From assembly GCA_963924565.1 (NCBI GenBank), contig OZ004614.1, positions 4,278,001 through 4,342,000 of the forward strand: 64,000 bases of DNA, written 5' to 3'. The stretch is from Ascidiella aspersa. Taxonomy: Eukaryota. The notes below the pieces were generated by a model that ran no database searches, was not told where the DNA came from, and was given only the letters and a program-made list of their open reading frames with translations. This document shows, one piece after another, positions 26,499 to 38,471 of this stretch. The first letter of the stretch is position 1, and each line of letters opens with the position of its first letter. The position numbers and the translations under genes were made by a program.

Positions 26499-27037
26499 CA
26501 GGGGTTCTTAAACAGGGTTGCATGAACCCTTTAGGGGTCCGTGAACTACTTTTAGGGGTCCGCGAAAGCCTAATTGGAATATTACTTATTATTTAAGAAG
26601 TAATCTTTGGAGCATAATGGTTGGAGGTTGTAGTAAGACGTAATAAGAATATCAAAGCCCATACAGAAGTAGGTATCATTTTGGACGTTTCGAATAACTC
26701 TTTATTCATTTTCAACATCTGTTGAAAATGAATAAAGAGTTATTCGAAACGTCCAAAATGATACCTACTTCTGTATGGGCTTTGATATTCTTATTAAGAA
26801 GTAATCAATTTATCAAAGAAAATAGTTCATTTGAAAATAAAACAGTTCTGCACTAAATGTATTTAGACTCCATTTTCCTTTCCAATTTTTGGACCGAAAT
26901 CAGCAAACTTATGAAGCCTATTTGTACTGTGACCTAAATTTATGACGTCGTTTTTGAAACCGTTTTGCCTAAAGTGGTCCACGCGAGGCAAAAAAAAAAT
27001 TTAGGAGTCCGCGTTAGAAAAAGTTTAAGAAACCCTG
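26499..27037. mobile_element. Non-autonomous hAT (Charlie-like) MITE
   Basis: TIRs CAGGGGTTCTTAAAC / GTTTAAGAAACCCTG; perfect 8-bp TSD atctaaac (26491-26498, 27038-27045). Confidence 0.88.
26606..26796. mobile_element. Fold-back repeat, abundant family, best-preserved copy (nested in hAT MITE)
   Basis: 35-nt unique leader plus perfect 77-bp inverted arms (26641-26717 / 26720-26796); duplicated target ttaagaagtaatc at 26593-26605 and 26794-26806. Related copies at ~4971-5119, 15381-15520, 22020-22178, 27918-27997, 31037-31270, 34899-35032, 35732-35920, 39209-39555 and 42541-42840. Confidence 0.85.
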
Positions 27038-30000
27038 ATCTAAACTCTGCGGCTAGCGCTAAACGTGAGGTGTTGATGTTATGGTTGGGCTTTAATAAAC
27101 AACACAGGTAAAATGTGCATTACGGCTCCCTTGAAACTAGGTGGTAAACAGTGACAGTAAAGCAACCCTAAGTGGTACATGGCCGAAAAAATTGACAATC
27201 TCTGGTTTAAAGGTATATAATTCGGTGAACTTAAAATTCGCCATAAAATTAAGATTTAAGCGTTGACCAAATCTGTTTATGGCTTTCATCGCAATTTTTC
27301 GGCCGAAATCAGATATTAGCAAATTATCACCAAGTTCTTCTATAACAATTTCCGATCAAACACTTTTCGTGGACTAAAAAAACAGTGTTTTGCATTTGGC
27401 TTTAGTATTTTAGCCGGCTGAAAATGTTTACCATTCCATTCGGGAGTGAGCTTGTTAAACATGCCATTTTACGATCTGCCCTCCCCCTTTTTAATAATGC
27501 TGTACGCTATTCTCTCCCTATAGCCTACCGGTGTTTTTTTTCAATTTATTTGTTTACCCTGAGAATTAACTCCTTGTGACACATAATTGGTCTCAAAAAT
27601 GATTTTGCTGTGGTGCACCCCTGGGCGGGTCCAATGCCTCTCCCAAATTCTATTTACGCCTATTTTTACCAAGTAAATTTTAAAAATTTGTTTGGTATGT
27701 AGGAAATAAGTTCCACTACTTTTCACACGTTCTTCTAATAATTTTCACTTCGCACAATATTTTTTTTTAATTACTTCGACCCGATGAAGAACGGTCGTGC
27801 CACAGTCTGTCAAGATTTTAATATAATTTGTCGTTACAAAGTGCCATCTGATCTTCAGATTTAGAATCACACAAACACGGCTATCATCAAAGATTTATGG
27901 AAAGAAGTTAGCAGTTTTGTGCATAATGGTTGGAGGTTGAGTTACTAGTTGTTTCATTATCCCTGATAGAAGTGCGAGACAGATTACTGGCCCATACAAT
28001 TTGCGGTTTCGTTTTCGTGCTGGCAAACATACAGAAGCGGGGAGTTGCTATCGTCCCTGGAAGCGAACTGAGGAGGGAGGGAGTCTACTTTTAGCGCGAG
28101 TAAACATGTTGACGCAGCTTAAGTTGAACGTTGGAATCCAACTTTGTCCAAAACACAAAAACACAAGCTAATCAACACTCAACCAGTGCTACGACGCCTA
28201 CATCCACTTGGGAGTCTAGTCTGGCGTTATGAGATGTACTTTGCAGGTCGGCACTGATACCGCTAGGGATGTCCGATAATATCGGATCGGAGCCGGTTTC
28301 CGATGTCAAGAGATCGTATCGCTATTCGTCCGTTACTAGGGTGGTATCGCTGCCGATCTGATATCGAATTATTATAAGTTTTTCAGGCATAATTTGCAAT
28401 CTAACGCAGTGATTCTATTCTAGAGTGGCATCGTTGGCCATACGATACCAAATTAAATTTACCATTACAAACATGTTTTTCATTGTAGTGATTTCTACTT
28501 TAAAAGGTGAATTTCTAAGAAAATACCATTAAATATACGATAAATAGGAACCCCGACGCATAAGCAAATTTATACCTAATAACTAAAAATCACTGCATTT
28601 ATAATTTTTTCTTATATAATCATAGTGATAAAGTCACTGGTATTGGTATCGAAAAAGTTATCTGAACTTCACAACTATTGATGGCTTAATCGTTGAAAAA
28701 CTTTCGATTCGCGAATGCACTGTTTGATCTTCGAAAAAGAAATATTTTGCTGCGCAGCCAACATAGAGATAAACCTGATTCGTTAATTGGGAAAACCTGT
28801 ATTAGTATGGCAGCTCCCTTTTTGGTCACATCTAATATCTACTTTGTGTGCGAGGCATTACACAAAACACAACTTGATAAACGCATAGAGCCTTGTATTT
28901 TCCAAGTTGAACAAAAAAACCGGCTTAAAGCAACAATAAAAAGTCAAGAAAATAGCAGTTTTTGTATAAATGAAACACCAGCATAAATAGAATATATTGA
29001 TATGTACACAAAAAACGCAAACACAGATATTAGGATGGCAAACGGCGTAATGAAACTATTCGTGCACGATATCTTTTTATCTAAAAAGTAAACAACAGTT
29101 GTGGATAGGTGGGATAATGATGATTTTTTTTTATTTAGAACAATAACAAATGTCCTATAGGTGAAAAACAAATGGCTATTTCATGGCTTTAAAAAATATA
29201 TTTAAAACTGTTTAAAGGCGTTTTTATATAAATAACGTATTCGCACTAAGTTCAATACAAAGATCCCAGATGTGTTTCAATTAAAAAAAACACTTCCCAT
29301 TGATTTCACCTAAAAGCGCCGAACAAAAATAATGTTGAATTTTGCGCCAAAAAAATGAAATGAATAAAAACATTTAAAACAGAAAATACTGTTTTGTATT
29401 TTGGATGTCGATAATATGACTATTTGTTCTTTAAGGAAACTATAAAACCCGAGCCTATACTATTAATAGTCGTAAAGAGTATTACAAGAGCGCTTGTGAG
29501 GTATAAATGAAAAAGTATTTCATTTAATAACAAACAAAATGTCAAGATGATTTGGCGAAATAGCGTCTCATAAAATATAGAATTTTTTAATGTCAAGTTA
29601 GAATCAAAAATCAAAATAATTCAATAAACTAGAAAAAATTAAACAAAAACTGTAGCGAAAACAATTACCGATAAACATTGTTTATACTGGCTGCAAAAAA
29701 TACACACGGCATAAAGCTAAATAAAGGTATATAATATATTTGTTTTACATTATCGTAAATGCGGGGAGTTAAGTATCTGCTTAATGTAATTGCATAGTGC
29801 ATAGTTTTCTGGATTGGAACATTATAAATTTATGCTGATTTAACACAGCGAATCACGAGTCAATATTTTTTTTTAATAAGGCCTCAATAGCGCCCTCTGT
29901 CGTCAAAAAGGCTCAACTTTTTCCATTTTTGCTGCGTTGGGGGAAATATCAAGCACAATGTTGAGTGTCAATTTCATTTCACAGCAAAGTCATCAGTGGT

Positions 30001-31929
30001 AAGCTGGACAAAATAAAATTCGGTTAACAAATGGATGGAGGTGGCGATTTCAGGAACAAACTATAAATATCAAGTAAAACCTGCTTGTATTATCATTTGT
30101 TAAATGTTTATCAAGATGATGTCGATTTACTCGCCCCTTTTGGTTTAAAAATGCATTATTAGGCTACATTACAGATCCGTGCATTACAGATCAAGTGTGC
30201 CTAATCAATTAATAATTCGATAAAAGTACACATGATTCCTTCGGAAAGGCTATTACCAAACTCAGTCGGCCTAATCACAATTGGGCAAGGCTTGGCTCCA
30301 AACGTTTTTGGAAAGCGCGCAATATAAAGTGTGCCCTTATGGGCCAGTACGACTCAAGAGACCTTAATCACAGATTACATTGTGAATATGAATGTTTTAC
30401 TTTAAATACAATAAATAGGTTTTCGTAGTAATTATATTATTTTAGAAAACCGACACAGTTTATCAGCGAAATTTGTCGAATTGTCGAATACCATTAAGTT
30501 CTAACAATAAACATTTTGTTGAACCGAAGATTTATTTGAAAGAAATTTAACTGCAAATTTAACAAAACCTTAGGACGTTTTTTGTATCTTTTCAACACAG
30601 GCCAAATCACTTGTTTTAAAACAAAAGCCCAAAATGTCTTGACGCAAAGCATTTAATCGCGTTTTACAACAACAACCGGCTCGTGTCTGGCGTAATGCAA
30701 TCACTCTTTCGCGCTTCAGTGCGCAAATATTTAACTTTTCGAGGAGACTCTCACTTCGCGTCACGCTTGATCAAATCTGCAGCGACACATGAATCGCTTA
30801 GCAACGACCCGTGATGAGCTGAGCAACGAACCGTGACGAAAGGCCGATAGTGGAAAGTCCAGACACTAATTTGAGCGATTTATTTTTAGTCCTTTGGCTC
30901 GCTTGTTTGTGTAAAATCACCACACCCGGGATTATGGAAGATCGGAGTTCTTAAGTCTATTTATAAAAATGGAACTTGAGACCGTTCTATGTTATGGCTC
31001 AACAATGTTCCTCGAACGATAATTCTCATATGACACTTTATTCATTTTCAACATAGTTAAAAGTAGAAAAATTACGAACGTTTTGAATAATTCTGAATAC
31101 TATGGATGTAGGTTGTACTTAGACGAACGGTGAAAAGCTCAAACCAAAGTAGGTTGCATTTTGTGAACAATCCAAAAAATATTTAGATAATGGCTGGTGG
31201 TTGTGGTTGGAAATGTACTGAATATCAAAGCCCATACAGAAGTAGAGCGCATTTCGTAAACGTTTTGAAAAAAAAACAGTTATTTATTTCTTACAAAACA
31301 CTAAATGTTAAGACTTAAAACCTGACTTTTCACGTGATTTTTTTGATTATTATCACTTGTAAAACACCAAAAGCATTACCAGACCTATCTAATAATGACC
31401 TCTAGCAATTTGTTGCCCTATTCCCCCCAAAAAATCTCAGGTGCAAATGAAGCGACGAACGGGCACGGTTTAAGGTTAAGGTTCATTTAAAGTGTCGACA
31501 CGCGAGGTCATAGGTGACAGCTTTCAAGTGGAGACGCGCTTAGCAGGGCAGACTTTGGGGATTTGCGCCAAATTCTGTCTAGCCCCACAGTAATAGCTGT
31601 CAAGGTGCTGTTTGCATAACGCCAAGTTGTAGATTATTATGACTCCCCGTAGTTACTTGGTAAAAACTTTGACGGACAATAAATGGAGTAGGAGGTATTT
31701 ATACAACATTATAAAGTCTTGTAATTCAAATTTTTTTGTGGGAGAAGTTATTTCAATGAACGTTATGGGCCTTGTAAATTTTCACACATATGAAATGTTT
31801 TTACAACTTTTTTTATAATTTTTTAAGTTTGTTAGAAGTATTTTGGTCGGAGATGTCTAAAAAATCACTTAACGATTTGTTATGTCATATTGGTAAATTA
31901 CAGTGAGTATTATGATTAAAATGTTTTTA

Positions 31930-32397
31930 GATTTTCCGTTGAGTGCTTATTTACCATTAACAGTCTATTTTAACAAAATTCACAAATCTGCTTTCATATT
32001 CATCATACAACTCCACGAATCAAAATAAAATCAGCATTATATTCATCAAAAGAGGAAAAAGGTCAAAATCACCCTACAACCACCACATAGATAGATTGGG
32101 GTGAGGTCAGAACCCAACCATATTACTCACTCCATTTCAATCAATTGCTAAATTACAATGAAGATTGTCGTTAAACTTTTGTTGAATTTTTTGTTAAACG
32201 AACAGTGTATTTTAACAAAAAACACAAATCTTTTATTTTATCCTACAACTCACTGAGTCACATTAAAATCACGATTCTATTCACCAAATGATGGAAAAGT
32301 CACTTTTACTTCGCGACAAAGTTGTCCTACAGCAACCGCATAGATAGATTGGTGGCGAGGTCAGAACCCGACCATCTTACTCAATCCATTTCAATCT
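31930..32397 (+). repeat. Diverged ~220-bp direct duplication
   Basis: ~31930-32141 versus ~32172-32397; both end catagatagattgg...gaggtcagaaccc.acca...ttactca.tccatttcaatc. Confidence 0.8.
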
Positions 32398-35300
32398 CGG
32401 TGAAAAAAGTCCCTTTCGATGCTTGACAGCCCAAAACTTTCCACTAGCGCGCGAAGCAAGACGCTCGCGTTTTGGCCTGAAACAATTGGCAGTGATCCCG
32501 GTTTGGTCACGCCCCAGCGCACCCGCAACACCAGACGCGTGCCACGTAATAACAACAAACTGAGCCTCAGGGATTAGACGTAAAAAGCCGGCAGACCGAG
32601 GCACTAATCCGAAACACCAGGGTCGTCTGGCTTGTGGCAATTTCGAAAGAACTTGATCGAATTAGCCAATTTTAAATTATTTTATTGCGTTTCAGGTCGA
32701 AAACGGCGCGAAAGTTTGTGATTTTAGTCAGCGCGTGATTGATGTGCGCAACATCACTGAGTATCGAAAACGTTTTGTCACTTGGAATATTTCCAGTATT
32801 GTGTGAGTCAAAGCTTTCCGGAAGTTAAACGTTTTCCGGTTAGCCGTGATGAACCTTTTACAACACTTAAAACTAAGTGGAATTTCCATTCAATGGAAAT
32901 TCGTCAACTGAAGAAGTTTCGTTATGTGTTTTTAACACATAAATATTTGTATTTTTGTAAGAGACCGACCGATATCAATTTTTCAAACAGATAGCCTATC
33001 CTATTTTTTGCAAACCAACTCGTTGTGCGATTAAAGTGTTTTATTGCATTGCAACAGTTGTTTACGTGTTTTAGTGCTTGTCTCAAACAAACAACTACAC
33101 TATAGACTATAGTACAAAAAAGTACATTTTTTTCGCAAAGACAATGAGAATTTAAGTTTCCGGCAGGTTAGTTGGTATAGTCATTTAAAATTGGATTTTA
33201 CTAATTTGAGGGTGGAAAAATCACCTAATCATGATTATAAAGGGAGCCCGGCCAACCGTTTAAAGTGCCTGCAACTTAACAACGCGCAATGCATCATTTT
33301 GACAGAATTTCGAGATCTACATAAAGTTCCCGTTTAACTGATCGTTACACAACATAAGCGGAAAAACCCGAGTCATGAATTGTCGCCAAACAACGAATCA
33401 ATTGGGTTTTTCCATCCCAAGGAAGCCGAATATCAGTGTTTCGTAGTCGCCTGACTTCTGTGGCTTACTAAGGGCGGTTAAACTGCCCAACTTGGCCGTT
33501 TTTCACTTACTGTGCACATTTCACCGCGTGTTTTGAGATAAATATTGCCTATAGACTCCCTAAGTGGAACGAATTTCCCGGCTGCGGCCATGTTTTAGCC
33601 ACCAAACAACAAAACATAACTCCATACAAGCCATAACAAAAATGACTCCCTTTAATGGAAAACAAAAATGGCTCTACTAAACTTATAACAAAACATAAAA
33701 AACTCCTTGTACATATTGCTTTTGTCTCGGTGTACTGTGACATGTGTGCCGTTATTGCTGGTTAGTACGACTTCTGAATTAGTGAGAAGCCAGATCGTAG
33801 TTGTACACACTTGTGTACGAGTGTTTCAGTCTCCCTATACGCATTATAATTTTTATAGCTACTACCTTAACCCTTGCACGAAACCTTTGTGTTTGATTGG
33901 AGCAAAGAAATAGCACTTCCGGGCAAAAAAACACAAACCAAATCTAAAATGCCGTTTGCGTTTTTTTTTCTTAAGCAAACAGGGATTTTAGCAAACGAAA
34001 ATGCATTTCGCCGAACCCAACTTAAAAGAAAACACGCAAAAAAAACAGCTGAGTTTAACTTTTTAATCTGTTTTAGCTCGACATTGGGATCAATGAATTG
34101 GGATCAATGAAAATGTATACGAACGGAATAATAACGCAAAAGAAAATGGTTGAAAATGCAACCAACCCATTGGGTTATAATGGGTCATATTACTATTGAG
34201 CTGTTTTGGGGTTCTACGTATATTATACTATGGCCAGACGTGCATTTCAGTCAATTATTCTTTGCAGCTTGGCTATTCATCGTGGTTTCCTGTTTTCGAT
34301 GCTATACAATGTTTTCACTAAGCGCCTTAATATTGCTGACGGAGTGTCTGTTATCACAACAATAACAAATCGAAATGATTCGAGGTTTACGGACCCTGAG
34401 TGTTTTGCTTTCGTTGAACAATAAAGCAAATGAATGGTTATGAAAGTGATTGATGAATGTCACCGCATTAAGGCACAATAATGGCAGTTTAATTAGGTAG
34501 GGCTATCATTTCTAAGTTGAAATCGTTGAAAAAATTTTCACATTAATATGGATTAGCGTTAGAATTTCGCAGTAGGCCGTATTCCAGCAGCATTTCTGTA
34601 CTATATGATTCAGACTCAATGGACACTATTTCGTATTTAATTAATGTTAAATAGCGTCATCATTTCAAATTAGGGAAACTTCGGAACGACCAAACCAAAA
34701 ATTATCTCTCAAGCTACTCAGTTGATAGTGAGGTTAAACGCAAAAAATCGTTTATTGTAACACTAGACAATATGTTTCTTAGGAAGTGAACGATTTCGAG
34801 TTATTCTGTTTATTTAAAAAAATAATTTAGTTTTACTACAAAGATTGCCTTTACACACTACACTTTAAATTATTACAGAACGCGCACAAACCAGAATATT
34901 TTGGAGCATAATGATTGGATGTTGTAGTTAGACGTAGAATGAATATCGAAGCCTATACAGATGTAGGTAGTGTTTTTAAAAAAGAGATAATCGAATCGCT
35001 TAAAATAACCCTACTTTTATATGGGCTTTGATAAAACAGTATATCTTCAGTTCACAGTGCTTGCAGATTGCTCTGTAAAACCAGTCTGTGCGGAAACAAA
35101 TCAGCCATTATGAGTCATAATGAGCGTCGCGACGGGCAGATGATTGGCAACCTCCCCGTGACCCAGGTTTCGCGCGCTTTCTAACTCCAGGAAAGGTTTT
35201 TACCCCCGCTCAGCTATCAAAACACCACCAACACTCCAAACTGGGCCAGACAAGGCCCGTTTATTGCGCAACAGACGACACCACTATGAGTCACAATCTG

Positions 35301-35955
35301 TCGCGACGTTCGGTCCCCACGTGTGCATTGGAGCGTATCGCAACACCGGCAAAAATCACCCGCGGTAAACAATGGGACGATTGTTATGCAACAAAGGTGG
35401 TTTTGACGTTTAGCGAGCCATTACCGACCAGGTTTAACGGCTTGTCAGAAGAGTTATTACATTGGTGTTATGGCGTGTCGTGGTTAGCTTTCGCGTTTGT
35501 GGTTGGATGTTGTTAAACAAACCGGTTAAACAAGTCGGCAAAATAGTGAGTACTCTTTTATTAAATAAACTTTTTTTTCCCAACTATTAGTGAATTATCC
35601 AAAAGATTATTCGTGAATTGTGACAACGGTAAATTTTAGTTCCTCAGTATCAACACATACAAGGTCGAAAAATTATGTTCTGAAAAAATTATTTTCCTAT
35701 TTCGCCAAAACAGTAACAGACGACATGTTTACGGAGTATAATTGCTGGAGATTGGTTTTAGACGTAGAATGAGTATCAAAGTCCATAAAGAATTAGGTTT
35801 CCTATTGTGAACGTTTCAAATAATCCTTTATTCATTTAAACTTTCTTTAACATATTGTAAATGAATGATAAACTATTTGAAACGTTTACAAAATTCTAAC
35901 TACTTCTGTATTGGCTTAGTTAAAACATGTTAGATCTTAAAACGCCCAATTTACC

Positions 35956-36110
35956 TCAGAATTCGGCCGAAAAACGGAAATTCTTTTTCATCGTCGTACC
36001 GCGTCGCCTCTCCTTGGCAACTTTTGACGTTTCTGGCCGTGGCCATGACGTAGACAATAGGGAGGACTGATGACGCAATCGGTGTGACGTCTTTCGCGGC
36101 CGATACCAAT
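35956..36110 (-). CDS. Cdkn1: Cip/Kip paralog 2, terminal coding exon (completes PIP box)
   Basis: Acceptor cttgttccAG|ATTGGTAT. G+AT gives D, yielding QRKITDWYRPRK...RFSAEF-stop (TGA 35958-35956). A donor G|GTAAAT follows 1 nt after the stop. Confidence 0.8.
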
Positions 36111-36330
36111 CTGGAACAAGCGGATTTACGATTGAATACTTATTAGGAGCTCTTGTTCTGACGAACAACCAAATACAGAGGCAGTGAAACAGGTCATAAG
36201 AATTGTTGTGGCCGAAAGGAGTTTGTTAGTCATGGGCGTCAATGTAAAGTTGTTTACATGAATGAAAAACGCGCATGGTTGTATAACGCGCAGAACGCAA
36301 TTACCATTGCAACGTAAACCAATAATTACT

Positions 36331-36574
36331 GCGCCTTTGGGACGCAAGGAAAATACTAACGCGGGCAACGTGTGCATAAGGCGTGCATGTTGCAGGGCAG
36401 TAGACATTTAGTGTGTGACAACAAGATACAGGATACAAAATTAATACAATGGAGCGCCTTTGGGACGCAAGGAAAATACTAACGCGGGCAACGTGTGCAT
36501 AAGGCGTGCATGTTGCAGGGCAGTAGACATTTAGTGTGTGACAACAAGATACAGGATACAAAATTAATACAATG
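36331..36574 (+). repeat. Perfect 121-bp tandem duplication in Cdkn1 paralog 2 intron
   Basis: 36331-36451 equals 36454-36574, separated by GA. Confidence 0.92.
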
Positions 36575-37747
36575 ATCGAACTCTATGACAAATTGTTTTC
36601 TAAGATTCAATCTGAATTTTTACTTGTATGTTAAATCAAGCCAGTGGTTTATCAATGTTTTTTCTTGCGACGCCTTTGAAAACGTTTTGAAAACGACTTG
36701 CAACTAATGACCGGACTTTTAATTACTTCATTTAATCGTTTGTTTGTAACAAAAAATCAAAATTAATAGATGTATATGAAGTTTTTTGTAACAATTATTT
36801 AAAATGCACATGGTAGAGTAAAATATCATCTTGCAAGATTTTTGTTATAGAAATTGAGTTTACATAGGAAACGGAAATATTGTGCGAAAAAATTAAAACA
36901 ACGCACAGTTTGAGAATCTCTAAATTAAGCAATATTGAAAATAACAACGTGCAACTTATTTTTCTGTTGTTATACAAAACTTTCGTTCTTCAGTCGACTA
37001 AATTAGCCGCATCCATCCAAACTTTAACCCCGTCCCATTTGAGGTTTATGCTTCATTTATCACGAAAAAGGGCTTAGAACGTAAAACGCATTTTGTGTAA
37101 ACTAAGTCACCCCTGCAAAGGCAATATCCACACAAAATACAGTTGAAAGTGCAAGTTGAAAACCTAATTTCTCGGTGTGCGAGTCTTTTGTTTGTTTTGA
37201 GGTTACACGGTGGCAGGCATATTGGCTCCTGGGCAGTAATCTTACAGTAGAGCAAGTCTCTCTTGCGTTGACACAACACAATAAACGCACTCGTATTACA
37301 GCTATTTTTGGTAAGTCGAATGAGTCATGAGTCATGTCACACTTTGATTTAAGTTTCGAGTAAATAAACAAAGGGTTCTAGTGTGGCGACGGTTGTACAA
37401 GTTTTACTGGATTGAATCTACGTATATTTTCCTCCGCACTTCTAAGGCAAACCGTAAAGCCAGGAAATATAAACAAGACGATTTGTCCTAATCCTTTAAT
37501 GGAATTGAGATATAGGCTATACCATGGCTTGATCCATGTTTAATCATAGGAAAAAGCACTCTATTTAGTCGCCGACTGCCAAAAAGCCTTTTACAAGAGT
37601 TCAAGACCCAGCAAGTACATTTCCTGACACGTTTTTGCAAATCCCAATTGGCATTGTGCGCCTATCACAAGTCTACAGTCTAACACAAGCAAATGGTTGC
37701 TTGGCTGCTGGAACAAATCCCTACACAAACATCCGGTCTAAAATTAC

Positions 37748-38471
37748 CGGTTATTTTCCGTTGCTTTGATGCTTTTCTTCTATCTTCTCGTGAGCTCACT
37801 GGGGTAAATTTCAGGGGTGAAAGGGGCGGGGTGAGGCAGCCCCTGTTTTCCTGGGTGATTTTGCGGGGACTCCCCGCCAATTCCACTTCTTTGTCTTCGT
37901 CATAATGAAACGAAGTCGAGGGAATTCTTTCGTTCAAGTTGAACAGGGAAGGTCTTCCGGAATCGATTATTGTCCCACTGTTGACGTCATAATTGCGTTT
38001 GCACCGGAGTCGCCCCGATTGGAAGGGAACTGGCGAATCGGGCCGCTTGGTGTCGCTACGCTGGCAAGATTTGACCCCTAATGACCTCATTGGCTTGAAG
38101 GTCAAATTTTCGACGCTTATCCTAGCCAGAGCGAGTCTCTTGAGCAAGTAAGGCAGCTCGTCCTGTGATTGGCTGATCGGGCGCCAATCAGAGCACGCCG
38201 GGCGCTTTGGGATTGGCTCGTCGTTTGTCACGTGACCCAGCGTCAGCGAATCACAGCGGCAGGACCAGCGCAATTGGAAGGAGCTCTGTTCCTTGGCGAT
38301 TTCTTGGGCCAAGAGTTCTCGGGCGCCGCCCGGGGGGTCGGAACCGAAGAGGTTGGCGCGCCTGGCCACCGACGGAGTGACGTCACTGCGGATTTCGAAC
38401 TTCTTGAAGGCGGAGTTGGGAGATGGCAGTTCTACCCGGGTGTCTGACGTAATTTCACTTAAACACGACAT
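37748..38471 (-). CDS. Cdkn1: Cip/Kip family CDK inhibitor, divergent paralog 2, coding exon 1
   Basis: ARRANLFG cyclin-binding motif, helix ARELLAQEIAKEQ, W at the WNFD position, DW...ELPY remnant and SP/TP sites. Ends KQRKIT-G with donor ACCG|GTAATT (GT at 37747-37746), the same phase-1 position as paralog 1. Acceptor ttccgtAG| at 38492-38491 lies 19 nt before the ATG. Confidence 0.8.

Noticed and set aside
29960-30000. Other CTGANGA matches as hammerheads (also ~26366, ~36067, ~63468)
   Set aside because: No stem II plus GAAA plus NUH arrangement.
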